Source: Chiloscyllium plagiosum (lineage: Eukaryota). Taken from it: a stretch of 64,000 nt of DNA. Below the pieces are notes generated by a model that ran no database searches, was not told the DNA's origin, and saw only the letters and a list, made by a program, of their open reading frames with translations. Positions 35,593 to 48,796 of this stretch are shown in pieces. Numbering within the stretch: the stretch's first letter is position 1; each line of letters begins with the position of its first letter. The DNA is taken from contig NC_057751.1 in the NCBI RefSeq assembly GCF_004010195.1, forward strand, positions 3,783,866 to 3,847,865. Direction: 5' to 3'. The position numbers were made by a program, and so were the translations under genes.

Positions 35593-38454
35593 TTTCAATG
35601 GGTGCTGAATAGTATGCCCCGTACAACTGCAGTGAATAAGCTCATTTGGCACTGTGTAAGTAGTAATTTGAAAACACATTTTTTACTTTTGTTCATCCCT
35701 GCCCTAATTTGATACATTGAGGTGATTGTAAAAACAGCATCATACAGAAATAACATCTCGCAGATTTTTGGGAAGGTTCACCCTGTTGTTTATTTGAATA
35801 TTCTTCCATGGTCTGCTTCACAGAAAATAAATCAGAAACCAGATGTGCAATCTACAATATTTCCAGCTGCTTCAGAAAAAAAATGTTTTTCATGCCAGGG
35901 AACAGTGTAAATTGCAAAATCTGCCTTGGCTGAATTTCTGCTTTGTTCCATTGCCATGCTTAAGACTACAAGCCATGCAAAACAAATGTCTGCTGCAGGT
36001 ATAAACTTGAATCTTACTGACATGACGACATAGTAACATGTCTGAAAATAATAGGTAATTAGTCAATGTTGTCTGTGTTTGCTGTCAACAACTCAGTGCA
36101 TTTTTGAATTGGTCCTTGTCGTTAGGTCTTCCTTAATTTCTTTGTACGCATCCAAATCCCCTGAATTTGGCTCCAGAAACAGCGGTTTAAGATTCCTAAT
36201 TTTTTTTCTGCACACGAATCAAAGTAAACAATATCCACACTCAGGAACTGAATTATCATTCCTTGCCCGTTGACAGTGTAAAATCATCTGGCATAGACAC
36301 AACAGGTTTTATTCTTAAAACACTCAAAACTAACCGCAGAATTTTTTTGATTTTCCAATGATATATTTTGATTTTTAAAATCTTTTATCCCACAAACCTG
36401 CCAAATAAACATTGCCTAATTACTTCCAATTAGTACTCAGTCAGATAGCTATCAATACTGTCCCCATCGGCACAAATGGATCAGAACGCAAGAAAGCCAG
36501 AATTTAGAGGAACCAATTGTTAGAACATTAGGATTTCAAAATATAGTTAAGTCCCATCATTTCACACTTCTCTTTTTATGCCCTGTAAAATGATGATGAC
36601 TTGTCAGTCCATTTTCCCACTACAATAAAGCACTTTAAACTAATTTGCACAGACAATGATCTGATTGTTTTTAATTATAATTCAGCCAATGAAAAATTGA
36701 CCATAAAGAAATACTGTGCAACATTAGGTCAAGCTAAAATGTTTATAAAACTGAAACAACATCATTCATTTCATAGGTTTAAACTAGCTTGATCTGAATT
36801 CTTCAACAGGCACTCTTCATTCATTTGAAGATACCAAGAACAGGCATGTGCAAGAAGAACAAAAATCAAAAACCTAAAATGGGGTGCTCAATCAGGCTCC
36901 TGATATGGGGCTTGACCAATCACAAAATCTGGGAGAAGGAAAATTTAAGGCAGGGTCCAATTTAGGTTTGGGGAATAAAACGACATCACCGATACACAGG
37001 AGTACACTTGCTGATGACTACCACAACATTCACAGAAGCTTCAGACTCTGCAATTGTACACATTTTATTGGCTGAATCTAATGATGAAACTAGGATGGAA
37101 GGTAATGTTTCACGGAAGATCATGGCAGCAGTTTCAACAGTCAAACAAAATAATTTGCTCACCAGGGGTGACCTGGTGAGCATAAATATATCTTTTAGGG
37201 AACAGCAAAACTCAGCCCAAAAATCTAAGATAGTCACCAAGGAATCTGAAAGGTAATTCACAACAAACCCCTCCACCAGTGGTAATGAGAATGAGTCATA
37301 TGAACAGCACAGTTGCATTTTGGAATGGTAATGAAAACAAGGGAGGAGAAGATGTATGGTACTGATGCCAGAGTCAGAGAAGAAAAGATGGAAGGATCAA
37401 GTGCAGCATCAACTGATGCATGGACTGATTGGACTGATGACCTGCTTCTGTGCCAGATATCCGATGTCTTATTCATAATGCATATATTTCACAATTCTCA
37501 TTTGTACACCAAGGGAGAAAGATTGACTTGCATCATGTCACTTCCAGAAGCATTAAGCATACTATATTAATTTCTTCACATAGTGCTGCAGATATTACCT
37601 AAAAGGCCCAATTGAGTTTCATCAGTTATTCCAATGAGGATGACCTGTGGCATTGCCAACCCACCAAGCCGATGGACAATCAAGACAGTCCTCTATTACT
37701 CAAAAATGACATATGGAATAATTTCTTAAGATTTTGGATAGAAACTGGTCTTGTGTGAAAACCCAACAGGCAATATTACATTTCTGCTTCATGTCTTCCA
37801 CAGTTCGAATGTTTTTTACAGTTGGTGACAATGGGTTGTACAGTGGCTAACTGATGTGCTTGCATCCATTGAGTACTCATCCACCACCTGATTTTCTATC
37901 TATTAATATCTTCCAAAGACAAATTTCTCCAACACCTTCTTCAAGGGTTTAGTGGAGCAGGAATGTGTTGGAAGAAACTGTGAAAAATCAATTTGAAGGG
38001 CAAACGTACTCTCATCTATTGCAATAGTACATAGCATATCCTGAACATACAAATTAGAAGTAAGACCAGGCTATTTAGTCGTGGAGTCAGTCATACACCG
38101 TGAAAACAGGCCTTTTAGCCCAGATTGCCCAGGCTGATCAGATTTCCAAAACTGAACTAGTCCCATTTTCCAGCATTCAGCCCATATCCCTCTTAAACTT
38201 TCCTATCCATGAACCTGTCCAAACGTCTGTTAAATGTTGTAACAGTATCCGTCTCCACCACTTCCTCTGGAAGCTCATTTCATACACACCCTCAGTGTGA
38301 AAAAGGTGCCCTTCAGGTCTCTTTTAAATCTTTCCCCTTTCACATTTACACCATGCCTCTAGTTTGGGACTCCCATACCCTGCGGAAAGACCTTGGCTAT
38401 TCACCTTATTTTTGACCCTCATGATTTTATACCTCTCTAAGGTCACTCCCTCAG

Positions 38455-38660
38455 TCATTGAGTGTGGTGCTGGAAAAGCACAGCTGGTCAGGCAGCATCC
38501 AAGGAGTAGAAGAGTCAATGTTTTGGGCATACACTCTTCATCAGGAATGAGCGTGAAACATCAACTCTCCTGCTCCTCGGATGCTGTCTGACCAGCTGTG
38601 CTTTTCCAGCACCACACTCTTCAAATCTGATCTCCAGCATCTGCAGTCCTCACTCTCTCC
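38455..38660. mobile_element. fold-back PLE terminus (arms ~38460-38524 / 38556-38619)
   Basis: Inverted repeat of the family A tail, decayed HHR on the minus arm, ~15-bp imperfect TSD AAGGTCACTCCCTCAG / AAGGTCAGTCCTCAG. Confidence 0.85.
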
Positions 38661-39454
38661 AAGGTCAGTCCTCAGACTTTGCTCCAGGATAAAAATTCCC
38701 AGCATATCCATCCTCTCCTTAGAACTCAAACCTTCCAGTCTCAGTAATATCCTTGTTAATCTTTTTCACACCCTTACCAGTTTAATAACATCCTCCCAAC
38801 AGCAGGGTGACCATAATTGTATGCAGGTCTCCAAATGTGGCCTTACCGATGTCTTGTACAGCCATAACATGATGTACCAACTCCTGTCCTCACTGCTTTG
38901 AACGATGAAGGCAATTGTGCCAAAAGCCTTTTTCACCACGCTGTCTACCAGTGATACCACTTTCAAAGCACTGTGTACCTGCACATCTCTGTTCAACAAT
39001 GGTCCCCAGGGTTCTACCATTAACTCTGTCAGTCTGGCTCTAGTTTGTCTGACCAAAACGGGACACTTCACATTAATGGAGTCACTTGAGCCTACTATGT
39101 CACTCAGTAAGTTCATATCTGATCTAACATGTTCTTAACTCCACATTCCCACCAACTTCCGATGAGTTTTGACTCCTTGGTCAATCAAGAACCTAAGCAA
39201 TTTTGCCTTAGAGATATTGAATGAACAGAGCTTTATCAACTCATAACCCTCTCGGAGAAAATATATTTCTCCCCATTGCAGTCGCAAATAAAAGATCACT
39301 TATTTCTGAACTATATGTCCTAATTTTAGACTCTCCCAAAAGGGAAAATGCTGTTTCAACATCCACTTTGTTCAAACCTTCCAGGATCTTGTAAATCTCA
39401 AACAGATACTTCTGTCTTTATCCCTCATTTTACTAAACACACACAGATACTGAT

Positions 39455-39584
39455 GAGAGAAAGTGAGGACTGCAGATGCTGGAGATGAGAGTTGAAAAGT
39501 GCGGCACTGGAAAAGCACAGCAGGTCAGGCAGCATCCAAGGTGCAGGAGAATCAATGCTCCGGGCATAAGCCATTCATCAGGAC
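39455..39584 (-). mobile_element. ~130-bp family A PLE terminus with decayed HHR
   Basis: Same start and end as 29861-29989; reverse complement CCTGATGAATGGCTTATGCCCGGAGCATTG. Confidence 0.8.
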
Positions 39585-40094
39585 TAGGTACAGGTGAACA
39601 TATCCAACCTTTTGTTGATAATGTGCACCCTCATCCCACAAACATGGCAACTGAACCTTCTATACCAGGATTCCCAAATCTGTCTTTTCAAGATCTGTAA
39701 TATATCTTCATTTAAATATGCTTTGATAAACATCTGACTGAAAGAACAAGTTCACATGATACTTCATCTGCAATTTTTTTGACCACTGACCTAACCTATA
39801 CATATCTCTATGCAAACTCCTTTTGTCATGTTCACAGGTTATCCGATGATAAAGGTTGATAAAATTTCATGCCATTTTTCTTACTTTGTGACATATAGTC
39901 CTCTCGCCAGCAAATGAGCAACTGCCTCAGAGTTTGATCATTCCCCCATGCTGTTTTGAAGGCTCCTGACCAAGACAACTGCTCCCAAAGAACAATGCTT
40001 TGTAAGTTATTATCATGCAAGAGAAAGAGAAGCGCCAGAGGATAAAGGGAAAAGAAGTTGAAGAAGCACTTAAGGATGATGCAACCCACAAATA

Positions 40095-42565
40095 TTAGAA
40101 CAAAGAACATAGCACAGGAACAGGCCCTTTTGCACATCATGTCTGTGCCATCGAAACTAATCCCATCTACCTGCACATGGTCTGCAGACTTTTATTCTCT
40201 ACCTGTTCACTTCTCTGTCTAAATGCCTCTTAAATTTTGCTAATGGATATGCTTCAACCACCTCCTCTGGCAGTGTGTTCCAGACACATATTACCCTCCA
40301 TGTCAAAAATCTGCTTTAAACATTCCCCCTCTCACCCTAAAACAACGCTTTCTCATAACTGACATTCTCATTTTGGGCAAAAAGTTCCATCTATTTACCC
40401 TATATGTGTCTCCCATAATTTTATATAGTTCGATCAGGTCACTCCTCAGTCTCCAGCACTCATGTGCAAACTACCCTAGATTGTCCAACCTTTCCTTATT
40501 GTGCAACAACTCCAATCCAAGCAACATCCTGGTAGATGTCTTGTGCACCATCTCCAAAGCTTCACATCCTTCCTGGAATACAGCGTCCAGAACTGAGCAT
40601 CATAGTCAAAATGTGGGCTGACCAAAATCTTACACAATTGCAACAGGAACTTGCTAACTTTTATATGCCCCAAGCAATGAAGGGAACCATGCCATCTGCA
40701 ATCTTTACCACCTCATCCACTTGTATTACCACTGTCAGGGAACTACAGACTTAAACCCTGAGATCCCTTTGACTATTAATGCTCCTAAGGAGTTCAGTCA
40801 ATTACAGTCTACTTTCCTCTTGCATTTGACCTCCCAAAGTGCATCACCTCACACTTGTCTGGATTAAGCTCATTGCCATTTCTCTGCCCAACTTTCTGGA
40901 TGATCAAAATCCTGCTTCATCGTTTGATATCCTCCCTCAATATCCACAAGTCCACCAATTTTCATGTCCTCTAATCACACCACCACATTTTCATCTAAAT
41001 CATTTATATATATATATTACAAACAACAGAGGTCTCAGCACTGAACCTTACAGAACACCACTTGTTGCACATCTCCTGTCAGAATCACATCTTCGGCAAC
41101 TACCCTCTGTCTCCCATAGCAATCCAATTTGCCAACTCATCATGGATTCATTGCAAATTGATCTTCCAGACCAGCTTACTATGAAGAGCCTTGTCAAATG
41201 CGTCAGTAAGGTATATGTAGACAACATACACTGCCTTACCCTCATCTCTTCCTCAACACATATTTTGAGTCATAGAGATGTATAGCACAGAAACAGACCC
41301 TTAGGTCCAACTTGTCCATTCCGATCAGCTCTTCTAAATTAATGTGGTCCCATTTGCCAGCACTTGGCACAATTCTCTCGAAATCCTTCCTATTCATATA
41401 CCTATCCAGATGCCTTTTAAATGTTGTAATTGTTCCAGCCTCACCACTTCCTCTGGCAACTCATTCCTTACACGCACCACCATTTGTGTGAAGAGGTTTC
41501 CCCTTAGGTCCCTTTTAAATCTTTCCCATCTCGCCTTAAACCTATGCCCTCTCGTTTTGGACTCCCCCACCCAAGGAAAAGACCTTGTCCATTTACCCTA
41601 TCCATTCCCATCATGGTTTCATAAACTTCTATAAGGTCACCTCTCAGCCTCTGACATTCCAAGGAAAATAGCCCCAGTCTATTCAACTTCTCCTTTTAAC
41701 TCAAACCCTCCAACCCTGGCAACATCCTTGTAAATCTTTTCTGAACCCTTTCAAGTTACACAACAGCCTTCCTATAGCAGGGAGACCTGAATTGCACGCA
41801 GTATTCCAGTCATGGCTTAACCAATGTCCCGTCTAGTCATAAAATGATCTCCAGAATCCTGTACTCAATGCTCTGACCAATAAAGGAAAGCATACAAAAC
41901 GCCTTCTTCATTATTCTAACGAGCTGCAACTCCACTTTCAAGGAGCTATGAACCTGCACTCCAAAGTCTCTTGGTTCAGCAATACTCCTCACGACCTTAC
42001 CATTAAGTGTGCAAGTCCTACTCTGATCTGCCTTTCCAAAACGCAGCACCTCACATTTATCTGAACTAAACTCCATCTGGCACTCCTCGGGCCAGTGGCC
42101 CATCTCATCAAGATCCTGCTGTATTCTGAGGTAATCTTCTGCATTGTCCACTACATTTCCAATTTTGGTGTCATCTGCCATGCTAACCCATGCCTCCTAT
42201 GTCTACATCCAAATCATTTATGTAAATGACGAAAAGCAGTGAACCCAGCACCAATCCCTGTGGCACACTGCTCGTCACAGATCTCCAGCCTGAAAAGCAA
42301 CCTTCTACCGCCACCGTCCGTCTTCTACCTTCGAGCCAATTCTGTATTCAAACAGCTAGTTCTCCCTCTATTCCATGTGATCTAACCTTGATAACCAATC
42401 TAACATGAGGAACCTTGTCAAACGCCTTACTTAAGTCCATCCAGATCGCGTTCACTGCTCGGCCCTCATCAATTGTCTTTATCACTTCCTCGAAAAATTC
42501 ATGAGAAACGTTTTCCCACACACAGAGCCATGTTGACTGTGCTTGCCTTTGCAAATACATATAAA
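40095..42565 (-). mobile_element. two CR1 copies (~40095-41250 old; ~41268-42565 HER1-like)
   Basis: DLSKAFDKVPH, ADDTKIG, LGLFSLE..RLRGDLIEVY; tails at 40095 and 41268. Confidence 0.85.
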
Positions 42566-43346
42566 TCCAATCCTTTTTCTTACCACCTTTGTTAACGAAT
42601 TCTGCATTGCTTTTGTCAGAGCTATCCTGGCGAGTGGGTGCATGTGTGTGACTGTCTATTGGTGTAGATATTGATAATTGTTCCTTTTGGGCTTCTGGCT
42701 CTTGTGGTCCTTCTCCATTGAACAAGTTAATGAGCAATCCAGGAGGCATCAGACCCCAACATAACTCAAGTGATCAAATCATCACTTAGAGCTTTGACTT
42801 GAGAACCAAGAGGAATACAGAAGGTTCAGAGGGGAGGTAAATACCCATAATCAGAAAACGAGAAATAACTATTACAAAGACTGGCAGCCAACGTGAATGG
42901 GAATCCAAAAGACTTCTACAGATAAATACAAAGTTAAATAATTGATCAAAAATTACAATTACCCATTAAGACTCAGGGCATGGCTGAGGCGTTAACGGAA
43001 TACCAAGGAGGGTGATGCAGCGCAAGACACAGTCATAGGAGAGGGAAACTGTCATCAAAAGGGGTCTGAATTGATCAGGAAGAAGTTTTGGATAATGTGG
43101 TGTGGATTGCGTGATTGAAGCAAAAATCTGCAGCATCGTTTATGTTTCAGTGCGAGAGCAAATCCAAAACGGAACAAAATATCATCTACCAAACCAAATT
43201 TTCATCTGGGATCAGACTTGTCAGCTGGGATCATAATAATAAACTGCTTGTGCTTAATTTTGGCAAATCATCAGGACCAGATGAGATATATCAAAGAATA
43301 TTGAAGGAAGTGCCCATTATCTGATACAAAATGTGGAAGCACTGTA

Positions 43347-45070
43347 AATAGACAATAGGTGCAGGAGTAGGCCATTCTGCCCTTCGAGCCTGCACCACTA
43401 TTCAATATGATCATGGCTGATCATCCTGAATCAGTATCCTGTTCGTGCCTTATCTCCATAACCCTTGATTCCACTATCCTTGAGAGCTCTATCCAACTCT
43501 TTCTTAAATGAATCCAGAGACTGGGCCTCCACTGTCCTCTGGGGCAGAGCATTCCACACAGCCACCACTCTCTGGGTGAAGACGTTTCTCCTCATCTCTG
43601 TCCTAAATGGTCTACCCCATATTTTTAAGCTGTGGCCTCTGGTTTGGCACTCACCCATCAGCGGAAACATGTTTCCTGCCTCCAGAGTGTCCAATCCTTT
43701 AATAATCTTATACGTCTCAATCAGATCCACTCTCAGTCTTCTAAACTCAAGAGTATACAAGCCCAGTCGCTCCAGTCTTTCAGCTTAAGTTAGTCCCGCC
43801 ATTCCAGGAATTGACCTCGTGAACCTACGTGGCACTCCCACAATCACCAGAATTTGGAGACCAGAACTGCACACAGTACTCCAGGTGCGGTCTCACCAGG
43901 GGCCTGTACAGCTGCAGAAGAACCTCTTTGCTTCTATCCTCAATCCCTCTTGTTATGAAGGCCAGCATGCTGTTAGCCTTCTTCACCACCTGCTGTACCT
44001 GCATGCTTACCTTCATTGACTGGTGTGCAAGAACACCCAGATCTCTTTGTACTGCCCCTTTACCTAAATTGATTCCATTTAGCTAGTAATCTGCCTTCCT
44101 GTTCATGCCACCAAAGTGGATGACCATACATTTATCCACATTAAACTGCATCTGCCATGCATCTGACCACTCACCTGATCCCTGCGGTACCCCACTGGTC
44201 ACTGCCTGCCATTCCGAAATGGAGCCGTTTATCACGACTTTTTGTTTCCTATTAGCCAACCAACTTTCAATCCAAGTTAGTACCTTGCCCCCAATACCAT
44301 GCGCCCTAAAGTTGCTCACTAACCTCCTATGTAGGACTTCATCAATAGCTTTCTGAAAGTCCAGGTACACTACATCTACTGGATCTCCCTCATCCATCTT
44401 CAGAGTAACATAGAGTAACATCCTCAAAAAATTCCAGAAGATTAGTCAAGCATGATTTCCCCTTCATAAATCCATGTGAACTCTGACCTATCCTGTTACT
44501 ACTATCCAGATGTGTCGTAATTTCATCCTTTATAATAGACTCCAGCATCTTTCCCACCACTGAGGTCAGACTAACTGGTCTATAATTTCCTGCTTTCTCT
44601 CTCCCACCTTTCTTAAAAAGTGGTACAACATTAGCCATCCTCCAATCCGCAGGAACTGATCCCAAATCTATCGAACTCTGGAAAATAATCACCAAAGCAT
44701 CTGCGATTTCTCGAGCCACCTCCTTCAGTACCCTGGGATGTAGACCATCAGGCCCCGGGGACTTATCAACCTACAGACCTAACAGTCTCTCCAACCCCAA
44801 TTCCTGGCAAATATAAATTCCCTAAAGTTCAGGTCCTTCAGCCAATGTTACCTCAGGGAGATTGCTTGTGTCTTCCCCAGTGAACACAGGTATTTCCTTC
44901 TTAGTATTCCTCTGTTGTTCTTTAAAAGCTTCCCAGTCCTCCGTTTTCCCACTTATCTTTGCTATGTTATACTTTTTCTCTTTTAACTTTATATGTTCCT
45001 TAACTTCCCTCATCAGCCACGGCCACCCATGCCTCCTCCTAGGATCTTTTTCCTTTTTGGAATGAAATGA
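43347..45070 (-). mobile_element. young CR1 LINE with internal deletions
   Basis: WRMANVVPLFKKG, GKSCLTNLLEFFE, SGVPQGS joined directly to EWSDAW; (CTATTGT) tail. Confidence 0.95.
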
Positions 45071-45727
45071 TCCTGCAGAGCACGACACAAAAGGATGAAT
45101 GCAAACACATTGAAGGGAATGCAGAAGAGATTTGCAAAAATGGTTCCAGGGATGACGATATGAGGATAGATTGGAAAGTATGATACTGTGTGTACAAAGC
45201 CTTACAAGACAGTGGGCAGTCCTGGACTTTGTTTTAATTAAGGAAACCAGACAAGTGGTGGATGTTTCAGTGGGGTCCATTTGCAGACACCAATCGTAAC
45301 ACTGTTAGATTCAAAATTGCTTTGGCTTGAGCACCCTCTTTGGCAGTGAGTTTCAGAATTCCACCACCCTTCAGGTGGAAAACAAAAGTTCCTCACATGC
45401 CCTCTGAAAAGTGCAGGAAAATGGTATTAGAATAGTTAGGTGGTCATTATTAACCAACTAAACTCAATCGGATGAATGGTCTTTTCCTCTGTTATAGATC
45501 TCTGTGACTCTAAATTCTCCTTGGACATAAGTAGGCTAAGTGGAAATCTGACCTAAGTGTTCCAAATCATAATGGACTGGATAGATAGGAGAATTTGTTC
45601 CCGCTTGAAAAAGAATCAAGACTGAGGAGGAACAGATTCAAAACAGCCAAGTGAAATGAGAGACACAAACGTTTTTCACAGAATGATTGGCTCTGGAGTG
45701 AAATATACTGCCAGGAAATGTTGTGAA

Positions 45728-45966
45728 TGTAGTGATTATTACAAGAGCAGCTAAATGGACCTCACAGAATCTGAGTTCCCTGTTTGGGGGTGTTAATCTA
45801 ATCCAATCAGGGAGTCTTGGCTGACTAATATAGACAGGAGTGTCAGAGGTTCTGTTCACTCTGAGAGCTGGCTCTGAGGGAGCTGGATCAGTATCAGGGA
45901 CTCTCCATGTGTAAATAATGGAGGACGACTTGGTCATGGGATACCAGCCTCTGTGGAGCTATGTCA
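45728..45966 (+). mobile_element. short (~240 bp) LTR inserted in a decayed CR1 3' end
   Basis: TG...CA termini, CCAAT, TATA-like and AATAA motifs; homologous to the split LTR at 14601-15804. TSD unclear. Confidence 0.65.
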
Positions 45967-46082
45967 GTGGTGGTAGGTTCAATTAAGGCATTCAAGGCAA
46001 TGGATGATTTTATTGAATTCTAAAAATTTGCAAGAGGTTGGGGAAATGCCAGAGAATGGCACTGAGTCATGAAGCTCACTGT

Positions 46083-46548
46083 GAGTCATAGAGATGGACA
46101 GCACGGAAACAGACCCTTCGGTCCAACTCACCCACGCCAACCAGATATCCCAACCCAATCGAGTCCCACCTGCCAGCATCCGGTCCATATCTCTCTGAAC
46201 CCTCCCTATTCATATTACCATCCAGATGCCTTTTAAATGTTGCAATTGTACTTGCCTCCACTACTTCTTCTGGCAGCCCATTCCACATACACACCACCCT
46301 CTGCGTGGAAAAATTGCCCCTAAGGTCTCTTTTATATCTCTCTCCTCTCACCCGAAACCTATGCTTTCTAGTTCTGGACTCCTCCACCCCAGGGAAAAGA
46401 CCTTGTCTATTTATCCTATCCATGTCCCTCATGATTTTATAAACCTCAATAAGGCCATCCTTCAGCCTCCGATGCTCCAGGGAAAACAGCCCCAGCCTAT
46501 TCAACCTCTTTCTATAGTTCAAATCCTCCAACTCTCGTAACATCCTTG
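46083..46548 (-). mobile_element. HER1-like CR1 3' end
   Basis: LGLFSLEHRRL, YKRDLRGNF; reverse match to ~50945-51400. Confidence 0.9.
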
Positions 46549-46976
46549 GAGAATCATTGCAGACATGATGGGCAAAATGGCTTCTTTCAACGCTGTTACA
46601 CGTTTGTAATTTCATGAAAATTTACATTATCCAGGCATTGCCAGGGCTTTGATCTAGGATGCATGTGTGGAGTTTTATATTTTGCCTTCTGCCAGAATGC
46701 AAAATCGTAGTTTTGAGAACTTTTCGGTCTCATAGCAAGACTTTGAAATTCTTGATGGATTACTCAGCAGACAAGTTTACTACGAAAGCTCAGCAACTAT
46801 TGTTTTAAGAAAACACAGATACATTTTCGCATATTACAATGTTATGACCCTTGATGATAGTAACACGAGACAAGTCAGATCTCAGAGTGAAACCTGGTTT
46901 AATAGATCATAAGTATTATTTTTGCAATGTGACCATGGTGACCAATCACTGAAAATAATCACACAAAATAACAGTG

Positions 46977-47264
46977 AAGATTACGGTCAAGTGTATACAC
47001 ATAAAAATTATTTTGGAATTTTTGCATGGACAGTTGCCAGTATAAATGAATGCCTTATCCTCAGGAAACTCTTACTCTCTCCCTCTGTGGCCATTCCACT
47101 CACTCCCAATCTTTACTCCTTTAAATATAAAAACAGTCCCTCCAGTGTGGAAGGAGGCCATTCAGCCTCTCGAGTCCACACCTATCTCCGAAGAGCATCC
47201 GACCCAAACCCACTGTTTTACCTGGTCTGGCATTATGAAGCAAACTCCCAACTGTCAAGGTCCA
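46977..47264 (+). repeat. local duplicate, copy 1 (copy 2 at 52976-53264)
   Basis: Collinear ~290-bp match including long identical runs such as GCCTTATCCTCAGGAAACTCTTA and TCTCTCCCTCTGTGGCCATTCCACTCACTCCC. Confidence 0.9.
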
Positions 47265-47269
47265 TGTTC

Positions 47270-47691
47270 AGAACATTTTCTTTAGAGCAAAGGAGACTTA
47301 GGGAGGAACTTACAGAGGTGTATAAGATCCTGAGAGGCATGGACAGGGTGAATGTACTCAAGTCTTTTTCCAGAGTTGGGGTATTGAGGACAAGAGGGCA
47401 TCAGTTTAAGGTTAGAGGGGAAAGAATAAAAAAAGGAACCTGAGGGGCAATGCTTTTACACAGAGAGTGGTATGCATACGGAATAAGCTGCCAGTGGAAG
47501 TGGTTGAGGCAGGTATATTAACAACATTTATAAGGCATTTGGACAAATACATGGATAGGAAAGCATAAGAAGGATATGGGCCAAGTGCAGGGAAATAGGG
47601 TTAGTGTGGCTGAAAAATTTGGTCGGCATGGACAGGTTTGGGCCAAACGGCCTGTCTCCATGCTGTAGGACTCCATAATTTTATGACTCTA
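47270..47691 (+). mobile_element. CR1 3' end
   Basis: FSLEQRRLR, TRGHQFKVRG; tail TTTATGACTCTA. Confidence 0.85.
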
Positions 47692-48796
47692 AAACAAAAT
47701 GAGGGTGACAATTTGGAAAGATCTTAACATAAACATATAGCAGAAGCAATGCGTTGATTGGCTTCCTTCTGTAAATTCCAAAGGTTCTTTGATATCGGTG
47801 AGCTTTGGCAAATTTCCAAAATAGAATTTCTAAATGGCAGGAAGTATTCACTGTACAGTATCTGGGAAAACTGCCAATATATGTAAGGAGGAAGCCACAA
47901 AGATAATGACTGATATTGTTAAGTCACCAGTATAAAACCAATCTCAAAGGGATTCTCAAAAATTTACCATCAGCCTGTCAGGCCTAATTCCCACAGCATG
48001 TAATCAGTACAAATAGGACATGAAATGGAAATACTGGGATGTTACTAAAATGCAAAAGGTGATTTCCTCTTCAATTTCATATGGATTCAAGTCTTATGCT
48101 AACAGTAGGGGGAGTTGAGTTCCATTTCATCCAACACTGCTTCATGTACATGTGAAAGATGTCCACCAATACCATACTGATTTACAAATAAGCATGAACA
48201 ACATCTTTCAAAGCAAAACAATTCATTACATTAATTTAGTGTTTCATCAGAATTTTAAAATAAATATAGTATTTGGAACTACAAACCACTGGCTTATAGT
48301 CCCAAAGTATTGAAAATGTAATAAAAACGAAATTTAACTGATTCAGTAAGAAAAACTAGGGCCAGTAATTGCCGATGAATGGAATCACACAATATAATAA
48401 CTGAAATATCAATAATATCTTTGTAGGACAAGTAGTGTAATGGAATTTGACTTATTCGCTCAGCATAAAGCAATGCTCTTGTCAACATGCAACGATTTGG
48501 CAGATTTTGCATATAGTACACGTCAAATCAGCTCTGTTGCTATGAAACTGGGCAATAATGTATGAGTTAGGGCCTGTAGGTTAAAACTACAATCATCTGT
48601 GAATAAACAAATCCATAATTCCTATTTGTTTATTAGTTTTGCTTAATCATTTGTTAATCAGTAAAGGTACAGATAATAATTCATTTTCAATCTGAGTTTA
48701 TATTTACTTATTCAAAAAAAGCAAATGTATTGAAAGACATTTGTAGAAACAGAAGAGAAAATAGGGTTTGCTTTGATGAGACAATGATTTCCCAAA

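Larger units (their letters stand above)
38045..39720 (-). mobile_element. nested decayed CR1 3' fragments with two PLE insertions
   Basis: VRPHLETCIQLWSP, VVKKAFG and 3'UTR signatures. Confidence 0.75.

Noticed and set aside
42348..42749. Minus-strand ORF or exon with a GTAAG donor at 42583 (similar donors near 11647, 12896, 14550 and 39884)
   Set aside because: The ORF is a chance fusion of unassigned DNA with CR1. GTAAG is expected many times by chance, the 12897-13016 candidate has stops in all frames, and no recognisable protein results.
46840..46976. Possible further LTR end beginning TGTTATGA
   Set aside because: No matching opposite terminus or TSD was found; too short to support.
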